A stretch of DNA of 64,000 nucleotides from Geosiphon pyriformis uo1 (Eukaryota > Fungi > Glomeromycota), in the NCBI GenBank assembly GCA_016748015.1, contig JAAOMT010000660.1, positions 62,001-126,000 of the forward strand, written 5' to 3'. The notes beneath the pieces are model-generated. The model was not told where the DNA came from. It was given only the letters and a program-made list of their open reading frames with translations, and made no database searches. Below, in pieces: positions 1 through 12,845 of the stretch (the stretch's first letter is position 1; the number at the start of each line of letters is the position of its first letter). Made by a program: the position numbers and the translations under genes.

Positions 1-1359
1 GTTTCCAAATTATTTTAAAATGTTATGTGTGTGTTATACCTAATTATAAATGAATTAAAACCAACCAAAGAATTTTAGTTTGTCCAAACTTTCTTTAAAA
101 AATTACCCACAGATTTCGCTGATGTTTATCTGAAATTTCTAAATAAAAAATAATACTTATTTTTTCTCGAAAAATTTTATTAAAAAATAAAAATAAAAAG
201 TAGGATGAATTTTTCAGGGGCAAATCGATAAATTTTAAAGCATACAAGGGTTGTTTGCTTTCAATTTATATGTTTTTGGATGAGTCTCAAGATGTTTTTT
301 CAAAATGTGTGATCTTGATATTCAAAATGTCCAGATCGGATCTCCAAAATTTTAACAAGAACCAAAAATTGTTAGAACTGAATATTTCCATCTTTGAACA
401 GCCCAAACTTTTGTTTTCTGTTTTAGCATAAAATGTGACTTCCAAAATATCCCTAAAATATAAATATTAGGAAGTTAAAAATCCTTGTGATTCTTCGATT
501 GTTTCCCCTAACAACATTCTGAGAAACTGAAGACAAGGTATTTCAAGGGAATTTGAGAAATTTATTTTCATTATATAAGGTTTTGCGTAATTCTCTGGGA
601 AATTTTCATTTTTAAGATTGATAGATATAAATATGAAAACTCAAAGTACTTTATGATAAGTTGAGAAGAGTGAGATAAAATGAAAATTGATTTCAAAAAT
701 CATTGATTGCATCAATTTTGATGATTAAATTTTTTGAATATAAATTATATATAATAAGGCAGCTGTGAGTAATGTTTCCTTAAATGTAATAGATTTTTAC
801 GTTCAATAAAGCTTGTTTCAAAGATACTAAAAATTTTCATAGCTTTTGAAGTTCTTAAAAATAAAAGTATGATGAATAGTATTCATTTCAAACTTGTTAT
901 AGATGTATATCGAATTGGGAAGTAAATCTTTCTAACAGTATCAACGGTAAAACTAATAAAAAAATTCTAGTGTCAAAAAATTGATATTCATTTAGGAAAA
1001 AACTATTCAAAAAAGTATGCAATTTTGTGAAAACTAAAGGTTTTATTTTTGACAATAGTATTAGTATTGAACCTTATAAAAATATGAAGATTTTGTGAAA
1101 TTTTCTATATGAACATTTAAGCACAATGTAAAATACAACATTTTATATACTAATAACTTTTTGAATTAATAATAAAATACTTATTTTTAAGAGATTATAT
1201 TTTATTATCAATTTGGAATACCAAATAAAAAAACATTATTAAAGTATTAAAACTCTAAAATTTCAGAACTTTATAAAATTTAAATTTAAACCATTTTTGC
1301 TTATTAACAATAAAGTTTAAATAAATTTTTATCCACATTTTTGTAATTATAATTAATAA

Positions 1360-1360
<1 letters not shown>

Positions 1361-1397
<37 letters not shown>
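1361..1397. repeat. (TA)n(TG)n compound microsatellite
   Basis: Ten TA units followed directly by about eight TG units. Confidence 0.95.
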
Positions 1398-2322
1398 TTT
1401 GATTAACTATTTCTTATTAAAATAAGTTGAAATATTCATTTTTCTCTTTAAACTAAAAATAAAAATTAACTTAAATAATCAAAATTTTTTTAAATATTTC
1501 AATATTTCTATGGTTAATTACAATTTAATATTATGTTCAAATATTTTTAAACATATTTGGTTTTAAATTAATTCTTTTCATAAGCATTACACCATATTGT
1601 GACATTCCACCTTACAACTTTGTATAGGTTGCAACAATCTAATTAAGATGTGTTATTTTTATTTTAGTCTAAAATAATTTTAGTAAAACTATTCAAAACG
1701 GATCACTTTCAATTAATTTGCTTTTAAATTGAGTTTATGTTCTTTTTATATGATATTATATGAATAACTTTCATTGCCTCTTTTAATGAAGACGAAATGT
1801 TTAAACAAAATGAAACCAATTATTTCAGATTTTGTCTTCAACAAGGTAGAGTAACAGAAATTTTCATAAAGCCTAAGGATATCCTTTTTTGTATTAAAAT
1901 TTGGGATTGGATTATATCATAATTCTCGATAACTTTCTCTATATAAAGTTGGGCGTTCAGATTTTCTTTCTTAATTTTTTATGCGTAAATAGGGAAAACA
2001 TTAATTTAAAAAATGTTTAAACCACACTTATTTGAAGTCTTAAGATCTCTTATATCTAAATAGTAAAAAGTCTACACAACCTTAAATAAATTTCATTTTT
2101 CAATGATTGATTTTTTGGCTGGCCCATCTAGGCCTTTGAAATTATTTGGGATCTTTTCAATATCCCAAAAACTACTTTTAAAGGAAAAAGGCAGAATTTT
2201 GTGAATTCTTATTTATCCAATTGTCCTCTGTAAAGTCATAGAAAATGGTCAACCCCTCAACCATCTAAGGAGCCGAAATCTATGAGCAATGGAATTGAAA
2301 TCGCGAGGACCAGCCAGATTAA

Positions 2323-3309
2323 CTAGAAATATTCAGGATAATGAAAAAGTTCCTGTAAAGCTTCAGAAACAGTTCTGTTGCCATTCTGGGCTGATTTTCG
2401 AAACCATTTTATACATTGATGTAAATCGGCTTGAATTCCACGAGCACTTCGATAACAGTCGGCCAAATTGTATTGAGCAGCGCTATTGCCTCCACTGGCG
2501 GCTCTATGATACCAATGAAAGGCAAATCGTAGATTTTTTCGGACTCCATCACCAATGGCATATAAAACACCAATTTGATTCTCAGCCGAAGTGTCTCCTC
2601 CATCAGATGACTCTTTGTACCATTTGTAGGCTTTTTCACAATCAACATCAATTCCAATTCCTTCTTGATGACACCATCCGACATAAAATTTCCCACGTAT
2701 TGATCCATTCATAGCAGATTCTTTATAAGATTCGAAAGCTTTGCTTTCATCTGCTTCCACCCCAATTCCTTCATGATAACAACGTCCAAGCATAATTTGA
2801 GCATCTGAATCACCCCCATTTGCTGCTTTTTGGAACCATTCAAAAGCTTTTTCCATATCCTCTTCAACGCCAATTCCACGATTATAACAAGTGGCCAAAT
2901 TATATTGTGCATTCACATTTCCAGCTTCCGCAGCAATTCTCCACCAATTAAATGCCCTATGTTGATCTTGTTCACATCCAATTGGTTTATAATAACAATA
3001 TCCCAATCTACTTTGACCTAACGCATAGCCAGCATTTGCACTTTGTAGGTAGAGCCTACATGCTTGGTTTTCGTCAACGTTTGTTCCGATTCCATATTGA
3101 AATAAAAAACCGAGCAGCGTAATATTCTTTGGTTGATCTGTTTGTTGGCTCGCAAGTTTGAATATTTGTTTAGCTTCTTGATTTTTTTCACGGAACCATA
3201 GTTCAATTTGTTGTAATACCCTCTCATCAGTTTCTCCTCGATTTTTACATTTAACGAATAAACCCAATATATCATCTAATAAATCCATTCCTTCTGTCTC
3301 AATCTTCAT
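2323..3309 (-). CDS. Sel1-like repeat (HCP-like) protein, 328 aa, intronless
   Basis: Seven or so ~36-aa repeats of the form AQYNLA.CY..G.GV..D..KAF.WF.KAA..G in an intact ORF. Confidence 0.93.
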   Translation of the reverse strand: MKIETEGMDLLDDILGLFVKCKNRGETDERVLQQIELWFREKNQEAKQIFKLASQQTDQPKNITLLGFLFQYGIGTNVDENQACRLYLQSANAGYALGQSRLGYCYYKPIGCEQDQHRAFNWWRIAAEAGNVNAQYNLATCYNRGIGVEEDMEKAFEWFQKAANGGDSDAQIMLGRCYHEGIGVEADESKAFESYKESAMNGSIRGKFYVGWCHQEGIGIDVDCEKAYKWYKESSDGGDTSAENQIGVLYAIGDGVRKNLRFAFHWYHRAASGGNSAAQYNLADCYRSARGIQADLHQCIKWFRKSAQNGNRTVSEALQELFHYPEYF

Positions 3310-3578
3310 GTTTTTATTTAATAGTGATGGTCAAATTATATGAGGTAGAATTCTGTCAAGAGTAAATCATTCAACTCATTTATATTTGTGCTTCATGCAA
3401 ACTGGTTTTCATTTTTACAAAATATGGGTAAGACAAGCAGAATCATAAAAATAATTTCGTAACACTACGCCAAAATTGATTATTGTTTGTTTGTGATTCC
3501 AAGTTGTACAACACAATTTTAGGACACTCGGAAAATGTTCGCTGTACATTTGATCAAAACTCTTTTTACTCAAGCAAA

Positions 3579-4936
3579 ATGAAAATAGGTTTGGCACATT
3601 TTCTTAAATACCTGTTAACACCCAAGAACCTTACTAGCTTAACTTTTGTCAAAATAGCTTGCCTACAACTCAGACCTGTTATTGGTGAAGTAGAACATAA
3701 CCAGAACAGAGCGTCTTCTTTGTTACAAAAGTAAAGAACTTTCCTACAAATTTTTACAAAGAAACACCTGTTAGGAGAACTCACAAAGCCTCAACTTTTC
3801 CGTCATAGATATGGTCCTGAGGATGTTGATCTTTTGATTTTGCCTGAAATGGCCTTTTCTGGTAGGTCATTTTGGGATTCTAGTAGCTATTATTCATATT
3901 TGTTAATCGGAAATTCTTTAGGTTATGTTTTTAGAGATAAAATTCACATAATGCCATTTTTGGAGGATGCTGAAGATGGACCGACCGTGCGTTGGGCAAA
4001 ATCTCAAGGTATTCAGTAGACTTTTTTGTTAGCTTGTTCAGAAGATAACTAATATTTCCAATCCTATTCAAAACAGCCATACGATTGAAGGCTTTTGTTA
4101 TGGTGGGTTATCCGCAAATAATGAAAGGTAAATTACCCATTTTATTCATATTCCATCTGGATAATTCCCATCTTATATAACTCTAATAATATTTCAGGAA
4201 ATCCAGACAAATATTTCAACAGTATTTGTTTTGTCGATCCTTCTGGTGATTTAATCAGTACCTATCAAAAAAGTTTCCTCTTTGAAACTGATGTACGTTG
4301 GGCAGAAGAGGGCCCTGGGTTCAAGTCGATACATGTTGATGGTCTGGGGAAGGTAACTTTTAACTACACAATATTCTTGCACTATTATTTGCATCCTAAG
4401 GAATCAATATTGTTTCCGATTTTTATACAGGTTGGGTTTGGAATATGTATGGATATCAATCCTTATCGATTCATGTCACCTTTTACTGCTTTTGAATTCG
4501 CAAACTTCCATAAAAAACAAAAGACAGAAATTATTCTATGTTCTATGGCATGGCTTGATAGTGATGGGGGATCCGATGAAGAAATTGAGGGAGAAGACCA
4601 ATATAATTACTTGACAATAAATTATTGGTTCCAACGACTATTGCCAATATACTGCAATTACTCGGGTAACCCAAAGAGTGAAGATCTTCGCAATGTGGTT
4701 TTCGTTGTATGTAATCGTACCGGGACTGAAAATGGCAAGTGATTTGACTTTTTTCCAAGTGTTATATTGTGTTAAATATTTAATCTAAAACCTCTCATAT
4801 AGGTATCACATTTTGTGGAAGTAGTGGAGTTTTTTTATTGAAGCCTGATAATCCCAAAATCATGGGATGTCTTAAAAAGAAGGAAGAAAGGGTATTAGTT
4901 GTGGATGTTCCGCAAGCTTCATTACGGAATAAATAG
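3579..4936 (+). CDS. NTA1: Protein N-terminal amidase (carbon-nitrogen hydrolase/nitrilase fold), 7 exons
   Basis: Spliced translation MKIACLQLRP...DLLILPEMAFSGY...YQKSFLFETDVRWAEEG...GICMDINPYRF...CNRTGTENGITFCGSS contains the E-K-C catalytic triad motifs. ATG 3579, TAG 4934-4936. The last intron is GC-AG (4735-4802). Confidence 0.88.
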
Positions 4937-5270
4937 AAAAGTCATGTTGATATCCCAAATCATTTGACAATCATTAAATCAGATTTCTTTGTTTTGGATG
5001 GGTAACTCAACTTAAGAGTTGTTCTGCCTTCTACAATTGGAGTCGGATCAACTATCTTTAGGCCCATTTACAAGCCTGAGCGAGACTAAGCAATTTAGTT
5101 ATGCCTTTGAAAAGGGTATGTCTCCCTTTTACAAAAAAGGGATGCTCTTTGATACTTGCAGAATTTCTTAGATTAAAAATACCATTATCTATTAAAAGAT
5201 CCTCCTTATGTGTTAATGAATAGGATTTTGATGTCTCTAACTTGTCATCACAAAAATGTGCTCTTCAGGC

Positions 5271-6722
5271 TTATATTATGGTGACAACCGATTTCTCTAG
5301 TTTGATAATCTTTAAGGATCGTAAGACCTTCAGATTTGCCTCTCCGGTGGCGCCAGTAACCTTGAGCCCCATCTGTGTCATCTGTTGCGTGGTCAACGGT
5401 AGGCTTTTGTGATAAATTAAATGAGTCAGTCATTGCAATAAAAGCGCAAAAGACGAATTACTTTGTACAATACCTTTTGCGATGTTTTCTAAAGTGCTCC
5501 CAAAGGACTCGGTACACCTATTTAAAGATTTTCGTTGAACATCAAGCCAAAATTGTGAGTCTAAATAAAAATTGCCAGGTATGCTACCTTGTTAACAGAT
5601 TCTAAAGTAAGCTTCTTTGTTCTCACTAGTTCCGAAACAGATTCGAATTCTTCCCGAGTAACTGGTACAAAGGATCTGCTTAATCTTCTTTCTACTTTGA
5701 TATCTATGGAATCCGAGCCTTGATTTTCTTTGTCTGTATTTTGAATGTCCTTAATTTCTACAATGGCAGATAAAAATCGTTGAGTAAAGGAAGTAAAATG
5801 TGTTGAAAATATGTTTACCCACGAAGGTCATCATAGTCAGGTCTCGAGTTGAGCAGACAAAAGTCTAAGTCTTGAACTCCCAAACTTAAACCGGTGTCAT
5901 CGAGTGAAGATGAGAGGTCATTCTTCTTTAAAGACATATCACTTTCTGCAGCCGCGGATATCGCGATAAAAGATGTTTCATGGGCTGGTAAAAGCTCTTC
6001 TAGACCCATAGGTTTATATCTGCCACCTAAGTTTCAAATGGAATAAAATATTTCGTTCAAGATCAATATCGAGTACATATTGAAAATAAAAATACCTTGA
6101 TAATCTATTATGTCTTCGCGCCAAGATTTAGAAATTATTTCGTAATTTTCAAGCGTATTTAGAATTTGGGTATCTGACTGATTAGTATCAGTATAATTTT
6201 TAAATTTTGATAGAATATTTGCAATGTAATGAAAATTTTTAAGCTAAATTTTACCTGAATACCAGCCTGTTTTTGCAGCCTCGTCAATATTTCATGATTA
6301 GCAGCAAGCTGATCATCTGTCTCTCGGATAAATTCCTTTTAAACCCATTTTAAATTTTTCTTATAACAAATTATGAGAAAGACTCCCGTGGAACGGCTCT
6401 GCCGTTCGCCCGTCTCATCATTTCTAACCTGTTTTGCAGCCATAATTCGATCACTCTCAACTCGTAAATTGCTCAAATTTTGTTTCAGCTTTTTTAATCG
6501 ACCAAGAGCTTTATGGGGATTGAGAGGCGCATGCCTTTCGATTTCATATTTTCTGGTAAACTCTGATTCCACTTTAGCTTCAATAAAGCTTAGTTCTGAA
6601 AATTATTCGAATTTATAAGTGAGTCACGAGGGCAAAAGGTAAGAATGGAGGAAGTTGGTTAAATTCTTACCTGCACAAGCCTTCTGAAATTCGGCTTGTA
6701 ACCCCTTTATTGCCTGGTTCAT
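5271..6722 (-). CDS. SKA2: Ska2-like spindle/kinetochore protein with a C-terminal Ska1-like winged-helix domain, about 8 exons
   Basis: Spliced N-terminus MNQAIKGLQAEFQKACAELSFIEAKVESEF...NPHKALGRLKKLK...LTRLQKQAG follows the Ska2 pattern (FQKA..L..I....E...NP...L..L...LQKQ). C-terminal exons read FVPVTREEFESVSELVR...LESVNKVYRVLWEHF...LTTQQMTQMGLKVTGATGEANLKVLRSLKIIKL. Introns are GT-AG; one middle donor is uncertain. Confidence 0.7.
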
Positions 6723-8826
6723 TATAGCGCTATCAGTTATAAAAATAAAAGTGGTAAAAGTACACGTATTTGAAGAAAAACACGTAAAATAATTGATCAT
6801 CACTTTTCAAGATAAAAAAAGTAAGTTGATAATTTGCCTAAACACTAAAGTTATATTATTATATTAAACAATACAGTTAAATATTAATTTGTATTTATTT
6901 TAATAAATATATTACTATTGTTGTTATTTAAGTAATAATAATAAATATTGTTTACAAGTAAAATAAAATTAATTGGTATTATTACATTTGAAAATTTTAT
7001 TATTATATATATTAGTTAATAATATTATATAATTAACCACTTTATTTTTAAATAATAATTATTGATTTAAATATTAATTCGATTATTAATTTTGGTTGTT
7101 AATTTAGTTCTTTAATCTTTTTGATAATTATTAATAAAATACAAAATTAATAATTAATATTTTTATACAATTTTTTTTACATTTAAGTATCTAAATATTT
7201 GTAAATAAAAAATTATTTGTCAGTTTTACATTTTATATACATATATATTAACTTGGATTATTAAAATTAACTTAAAAATAAATTAATAAATAAAACACAA
7301 TTAAAAAATATAGCAATATTTGTTATTAATTTTGAAAGTATTAACTAAAACATAAAATAATATTAGTATTATTATCTTGTTAACAATTATAAATCATTTT
7401 TTTATTTTATAAAATATTAAAACTGTAATTTTCAAGTTAAATATATAAATTAGTTATATATTTAATTTAATTTTTTGGTAAAATTTGTATTATTATTTTT
7501 AATGGTTTTTTTTTGTTATTTATTAGCTTTTTATACTGATTTATAATACTATAATTGGAATTAATAAAACAAAACTGGTTAAAAATCAATAAAAATTAAC
7601 TTAAAAATAGAATTAATACTTAATAAAATAGTAAAAAAAACTTTTGTTGAAAAAAACCTTAATTAAATAAAAACTTTTAATTAAAATAATTAAAATCTGT
7701 TTTAAACTTGTATTATTTAAGAAAAATACTTTTATAATATTTTTGTTTAATTGTTTTTATTATTAAAAAAAACTTTTTAATTGTTGTTTTTAATTATATT
7801 AACAAAAATAATAAGTTTTTTTAATTGTAAATATAAAATTTATAAAATTTCAAACAAAGCAAATAAATCAAAATTTAATAATAATAATAATATATTATTT
7901 TGTTTTAAACTATTTAAAAATTATATTTTAAAAACAAAATTACAGATCTTATTAATAATTACTACAAATTATGTCTATATAATTTAAAAATTTGTTTACA
8001 ACAAAAAAATTATACAAAATTTTGGTTAAAAATTTTATATTAGAAATTTAATATTAAAAAATCTTAAAAGTTTTTAGATACAATAAATTAGCAATTATAA
8101 TTAATATAAATAATATAAACAAATAAATATTCTTTAAAAAAAAAATATTAATAAATTATATTTGTAATTATAGTTTTTAATTTTAATATGATTAATTATT
8201 ATTTATTATTTATTATTTATAATATAAACAAACAAAAATCAAAAAACAATATAAATTTTTGTATTTTTTTTACATTAATTATTGTTAATTATTTGTTTAA
8301 TTAAAAAAATTTTATTTAAAAAATCCAAAAAATTCTTTAAATATTGTTAATTAATAACTTAAATAACCAATAGTAAATTAAAATTAAATAACAATTTTTT
8401 ATTTTTGTTTACATAATAATAAAGTTTTAAAACTTAAAACTATTAAAGCTTGTATCCAACATAACTGGTATCGTTTTTATGCTTTTTTAATAATAATAAT
8501 AGTTAAGTATAAAATAGTGTGGTTTTAATTAACTTAAATAGCTAATTACATGTAAAAAAAAACATGAACTGTGTGTTAATATACCAAATATTTAAGCATT
8601 ATAAAAAGAAAAAGAAAAATAAACTTTAAAATTAATAAAAATAAAATAGAATTATTAAAAACTAATTGGAAATTTATAAAAAATTATTTTTCATAAAATT
8701 ATACAGTTTATTTAAACTAATTGATACCGCAGCAACATGACCATTAGTTATGGTTTTCAATGACTCACATTGCGATCTATAAAAGCTGTTACAATAGATG
8801 ATTGTCACAAACTCCTCACTTAAAAA

Positions 8827-10395
8827 ATGTCTGACTTAGAAAAAGAACAAGAAAACTTGGATGAAGAAAAAACTGAGGAGGTAAAACGTGCATATTCAAT
8901 AGGAAGGTAGCGTCGATGGGGTGTGGTACTAAGGCAGTTTAGTTTTTCTTCTAGCTCCTTTTTGATCCTACTTTAAAGAAGAAAAAGAAAAAGAAGAAAG
9001 CTGTTGCTTTTGAAGATGAGATAGAGCAAAACGAAAATGATGAAGGTGGAGCTGAAAACAACTTTCAAGGTAACGATTTTGTATTTAATCTATCAGAGAT
9101 ACGGGTTTTAACCCGCATTGAATTTTGATGATTCTAGCACATTTCTCCATATAGATGAATCATCAGTGGCTGTCGAAAATGGGGAAAAGGATGATGAAGA
9201 GGACGCGGCGGCTCTGTTTGCCGATTTAAAAAAGAAAAAGAAAAAGAAAAAGGAAAAGGAAAAGATTGCAATCGATGTATTTTGGCAACTTTTAATTTGA
9301 TCATTAATGCTTATATTTTTGTTTTCAACTTTCAGCGTTTTGACCTTATTTCTCTATTCAATATTCACCGTTTATTAGGAGGAGAAACCAGAAGAAGAAG
9401 CGGCTGACTTGGGCGACTTTGGCGATCTCCCAACGAAGAAGAGAAAGAAAAAGAAACCTGATTTAGCAGATTTCGAGAAACAATTACAAGAAGACGACGA
9501 AGAAGGGAATCTAGATCAGGAAGGTGACGTGTTTGTTCCTGAAGGTGACGAAAAAGAAAAAGGAAATCGTGGTGAAGAAACTTGGCTTGGAACAGATCGG
9601 GATTATACATATCCTGAAGTGAGTCTTTTTAATCTGCTTATTAAATTTGTTTAACTTCCATGCTCATAAATGTGATTTCATCGACAAATAGCTCCTTGGA
9701 CGTGTCTTTAAGATCCTCCGTCAGAACAATCCAGAGCTTGCCGGTGAAAAGAAAAGATATACAATTGTTCCGCCTTCAGTGCATCGAGAAGGCAATAAAA
9801 AAACCATTTTCGCCAACGTTGCAGATATCTGCAAAAGGTTAAGTCTTAAAAGTCTTGAACCTGGTATTCTTAATTGTCACAATCCATTTTGAGAATTTGT
9901 TCTGTATCAGGATGCACCGACAACCCGAACATGTCATCCAGTTTTTGTTTGCAGAATTGGGAACCAGTGGTTCGATTGACGGTTCGGCTCGTCTTGTAAT
10001 CAAAGGTCGATTTCAGCAAAAACAAATCGAAAATGTACTCCGTCGGTATATAGGTAAACTATTCAACTTTCATTTTGATAGGACATTTTTCTATAAAAAT
10101 TCTTAACCTGTTTAATTGATAATTCGGATCAAGTTGAATATGTCACTTGTAAGACTTGTAAATCCCCCGACACGATTCTCACCAAGGAAAACCGGATTTT
10201 CTTCATGCAATGCGAAAGCTGTGGATCCATAAGATCAGTCTCTGCTATTAAGTCTGGTTCGTATCAATTCGTAAATTATATTATGTACTTCATTTTCACT
10301 TATTTTTGTGTAATTTTCTGACCCTTCTTTTTCCAACAACAGGGTACCATGCCCAAACTGAAAAGAGAGCAGCCCAAAGAAGGGCAGCTCAATGA
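8827..10395 (+). CDS. SUI3: Translation initiation factor eIF2 beta subunit, 8 exons
   Basis: Three poly-Lys boxes, then [37 protein letters not shown]...[17 protein letters not shown] and the C2-C2 zinc finger CKTC...CESC. Stop TGA 10393-10395. Confidence 0.96.
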
Positions 10396-11419
10396 TGGGG
10401 GTAATCCATATGAAATATCAAATACAAGTAGAATATATACCCTTTCTCTTGTGATTATCACATTGGAGGAAATTTTCTGCTTGTATGGCATTAATAGTCT
10501 GGTAAAAATTCAAATATTGTCACTTGGGTTTAATAAGATTTTCGCAGTATACGTATTTTATCACTTTGTGAGTACTAATTTAATCTTTCCACTATTAAAC
10601 CTTGCAAAGTATTCCATATTATTGGATGCAGTAAGGGGAATTTATAGAATATCTGTTTAGATATAAAAATGATCAAAGGCAAAAAATATAGCATTCGCAT
10701 TTTTAATAATCTGAAATGATCAAGATATTACACTTTTGTATATTCTAACAATTTTCACAAAATTTATTTTCTAAATATTTTAATTGTCAAATAAGCAAAA
10801 CACAATTTTTTTGACCACAAAAAAGCTAGATGTGTTAATAAAATTATTAAACTTGATATTTTGACAAAAATTTTAAACTAGTTATTGAAGATTTCAATAA
10901 ATAAAATTTCTTTTTTGAGTCAAAAAATTTAAGAAATAAATTAAAGATTATTAGTTAGTAAATATTATGTTAATTTAAAGTTATTAGCAAATAAATAAAT
11001 TTTCATTATTGAATTATTATTTTAAAACAATTTTTTATTTAAAATAGTTGATTTTTATAAATAATTTGTTTTAATTAAAATTATTTATCAAAATTATTTT
11101 AGCAATTATGTTTTCTTTGTACATATAACAACCAGATATGTATAAATATATGAATGTTTAAAATCTGATGTCAAAATAGAAACTAAAAAATTTTATTATA
11201 TTGTGAGATTTATTAAAAAATTTTAAATTCTCCATAAAGATATCTGAAATTAGATTTTCTACTTCCATTTAAATTTCGGTATTATTCGAACAATTTTTTA
11301 TATGACAATTGTATTTTATAAAATTCTTATGAATGCCGCAACGTGACCATTGACGCCAACATGCTTTTTATATAAATAAGTCTACAATATGATCAGGGTT
11401 TTGTTTCTAATCCCTAAAA

Positions 11420-12845
11420 ATGCACCGTATTCAACAAATTACCAGTCACCTCACTTCCTCAAAGAACTCTGGTCATTCTAAAGTTGGAGTTAAGTCTCCC
11501 GAAGATGTAGTTATCGTTGCAGCAGTACGTACTCCGCAAACTAAATCAAGGAGAGGCGGTTTTAAAGATACTTTGCCAGAGGAGCTCTTAGCTGCAGTTC
11601 TCAAGGGAGTTTTAGAGCGCACCAATATTGACCCAAAGTTGATTGAGGACATTGCTGTAGGAAATGTGCTGCCTGCTGGTGGAGGTGCAACAGTTGCACG
11701 TGCAGCTGCACTGTACGCTGGGATCCCACATACCACAAGTTTGAATACAGTCAATCGTCAATGCTCGTCGGGTTTGCAAGCTGTAGTTCAAATCGCGCAT
11801 GAAATTGCTTTGGATCAAATTGAAATTGGCATTGGTAGGACCCACTTGAAGAAATTAAAGAACATGATTTTAATCATTACCTTAATTTTATATTTATTCT
11901 TTTATCTCACAATGGAATGCTAAATTAAATAGGTGCTGGTGTTGAGAGCATGACTTTTGGTTACGGCCCTAACGCCATGCCCACTGAGACCTCAGAAAAG
12001 ATATTCGCAAACCAAGAAAGTTCCGATTGTTTGCTACCAATGGGTGTTACCTCTGACAACGTTGCTAAAGAATTCGGTGTGACTCGCGAGAAGCAAGATG
12101 CCTTCTCTGCTGAATCACATCGACGTGCAGCAGAAGCTCAAGAGGCGGGATTTTTTGACGAAGAAATTATTCCCGTAAAAACTCAATGGAAGGATCCCAA
12201 AACTGATGAGGAAAAGGAAATAGTTGTTGACAAGGATGATGGGATCCGTAAAGGTACTACTGCCAAGGTCCTTTCTAAATTAAAACCTGCTTTTGCCAAG
12301 GACGGCCTTACCACGGCCGGAACCTCATCACAAGTATCTGATGGGGCTGCCGCTGTTTTATTGATGAAGCGCAAGACTGCGGAGAAGCTTAAGCTACCGA
12401 TACTTGGCAAATTTGTGCAGGCCGCTGTTGTCGGTGTTCCTGCCAGAATTATGGGTATCGGACCTGCCTTTGCTATTCCAAAGGTTCTTGAACAAGCTGG
12501 AATAGGGATCAATGATGTTGATATCTTTGAAATCAACGAAGCCTTTGCTTCCCAAGCTATATATTCCATTGAAAAGTTAGGATTAGATCTTGGCAAAGGT
12601 AAAATCCTTGCTGGTTTTTTTCTATTTTAAATGCCTTGAATCTAAATTCTTGATGTGTTATTTATTTTTTAGTGAATCCCTTGGGTGGTGCCATTGCGAT
12701 AGGACATCCACTTGGTGCAACTGGAGCACGTCAAATTTCTACGCTCTTATATGAATTGCGTAGAACGAAACAACATGTTGGTGTAACGTCTATGTGCATA
12801 GGTACTGGTATGGGAATGGCCGCCGTTTTTGAAGCGGAATGGTAG
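11420..12845 (+). CDS. POT1: Peroxisomal 3-ketoacyl-CoA thiolase, 3 exons
   Basis: PTS2 signal RIQQITSHL, active-site NRQCSSGLQA, NEAFA, GHPLGATG and CIGTGMG. Two GT-AG introns at about 11835-11932 and 12599-12672. Confidence 0.95.

Noticed and set aside
1-2280. Possible gene or TE in the first 2.3 kb
   Set aside because: No ORF, splice-consistent protein motif or terminal repeat could be supported.
7781-7987. Short ORFs in AT deserts (also 13866-14051 and 49081-49383)
   Set aside because: Low-complexity I/K/N/F/L composition expected from AT-rich non-coding DNA.
11473-12596. Antisense ORFs over thiolase, and similar shadow ORFs over the Sel1 gene, LINEs and Gypsy pol
   Set aside because: They mirror real coding frames and contain no recognisable motifs.
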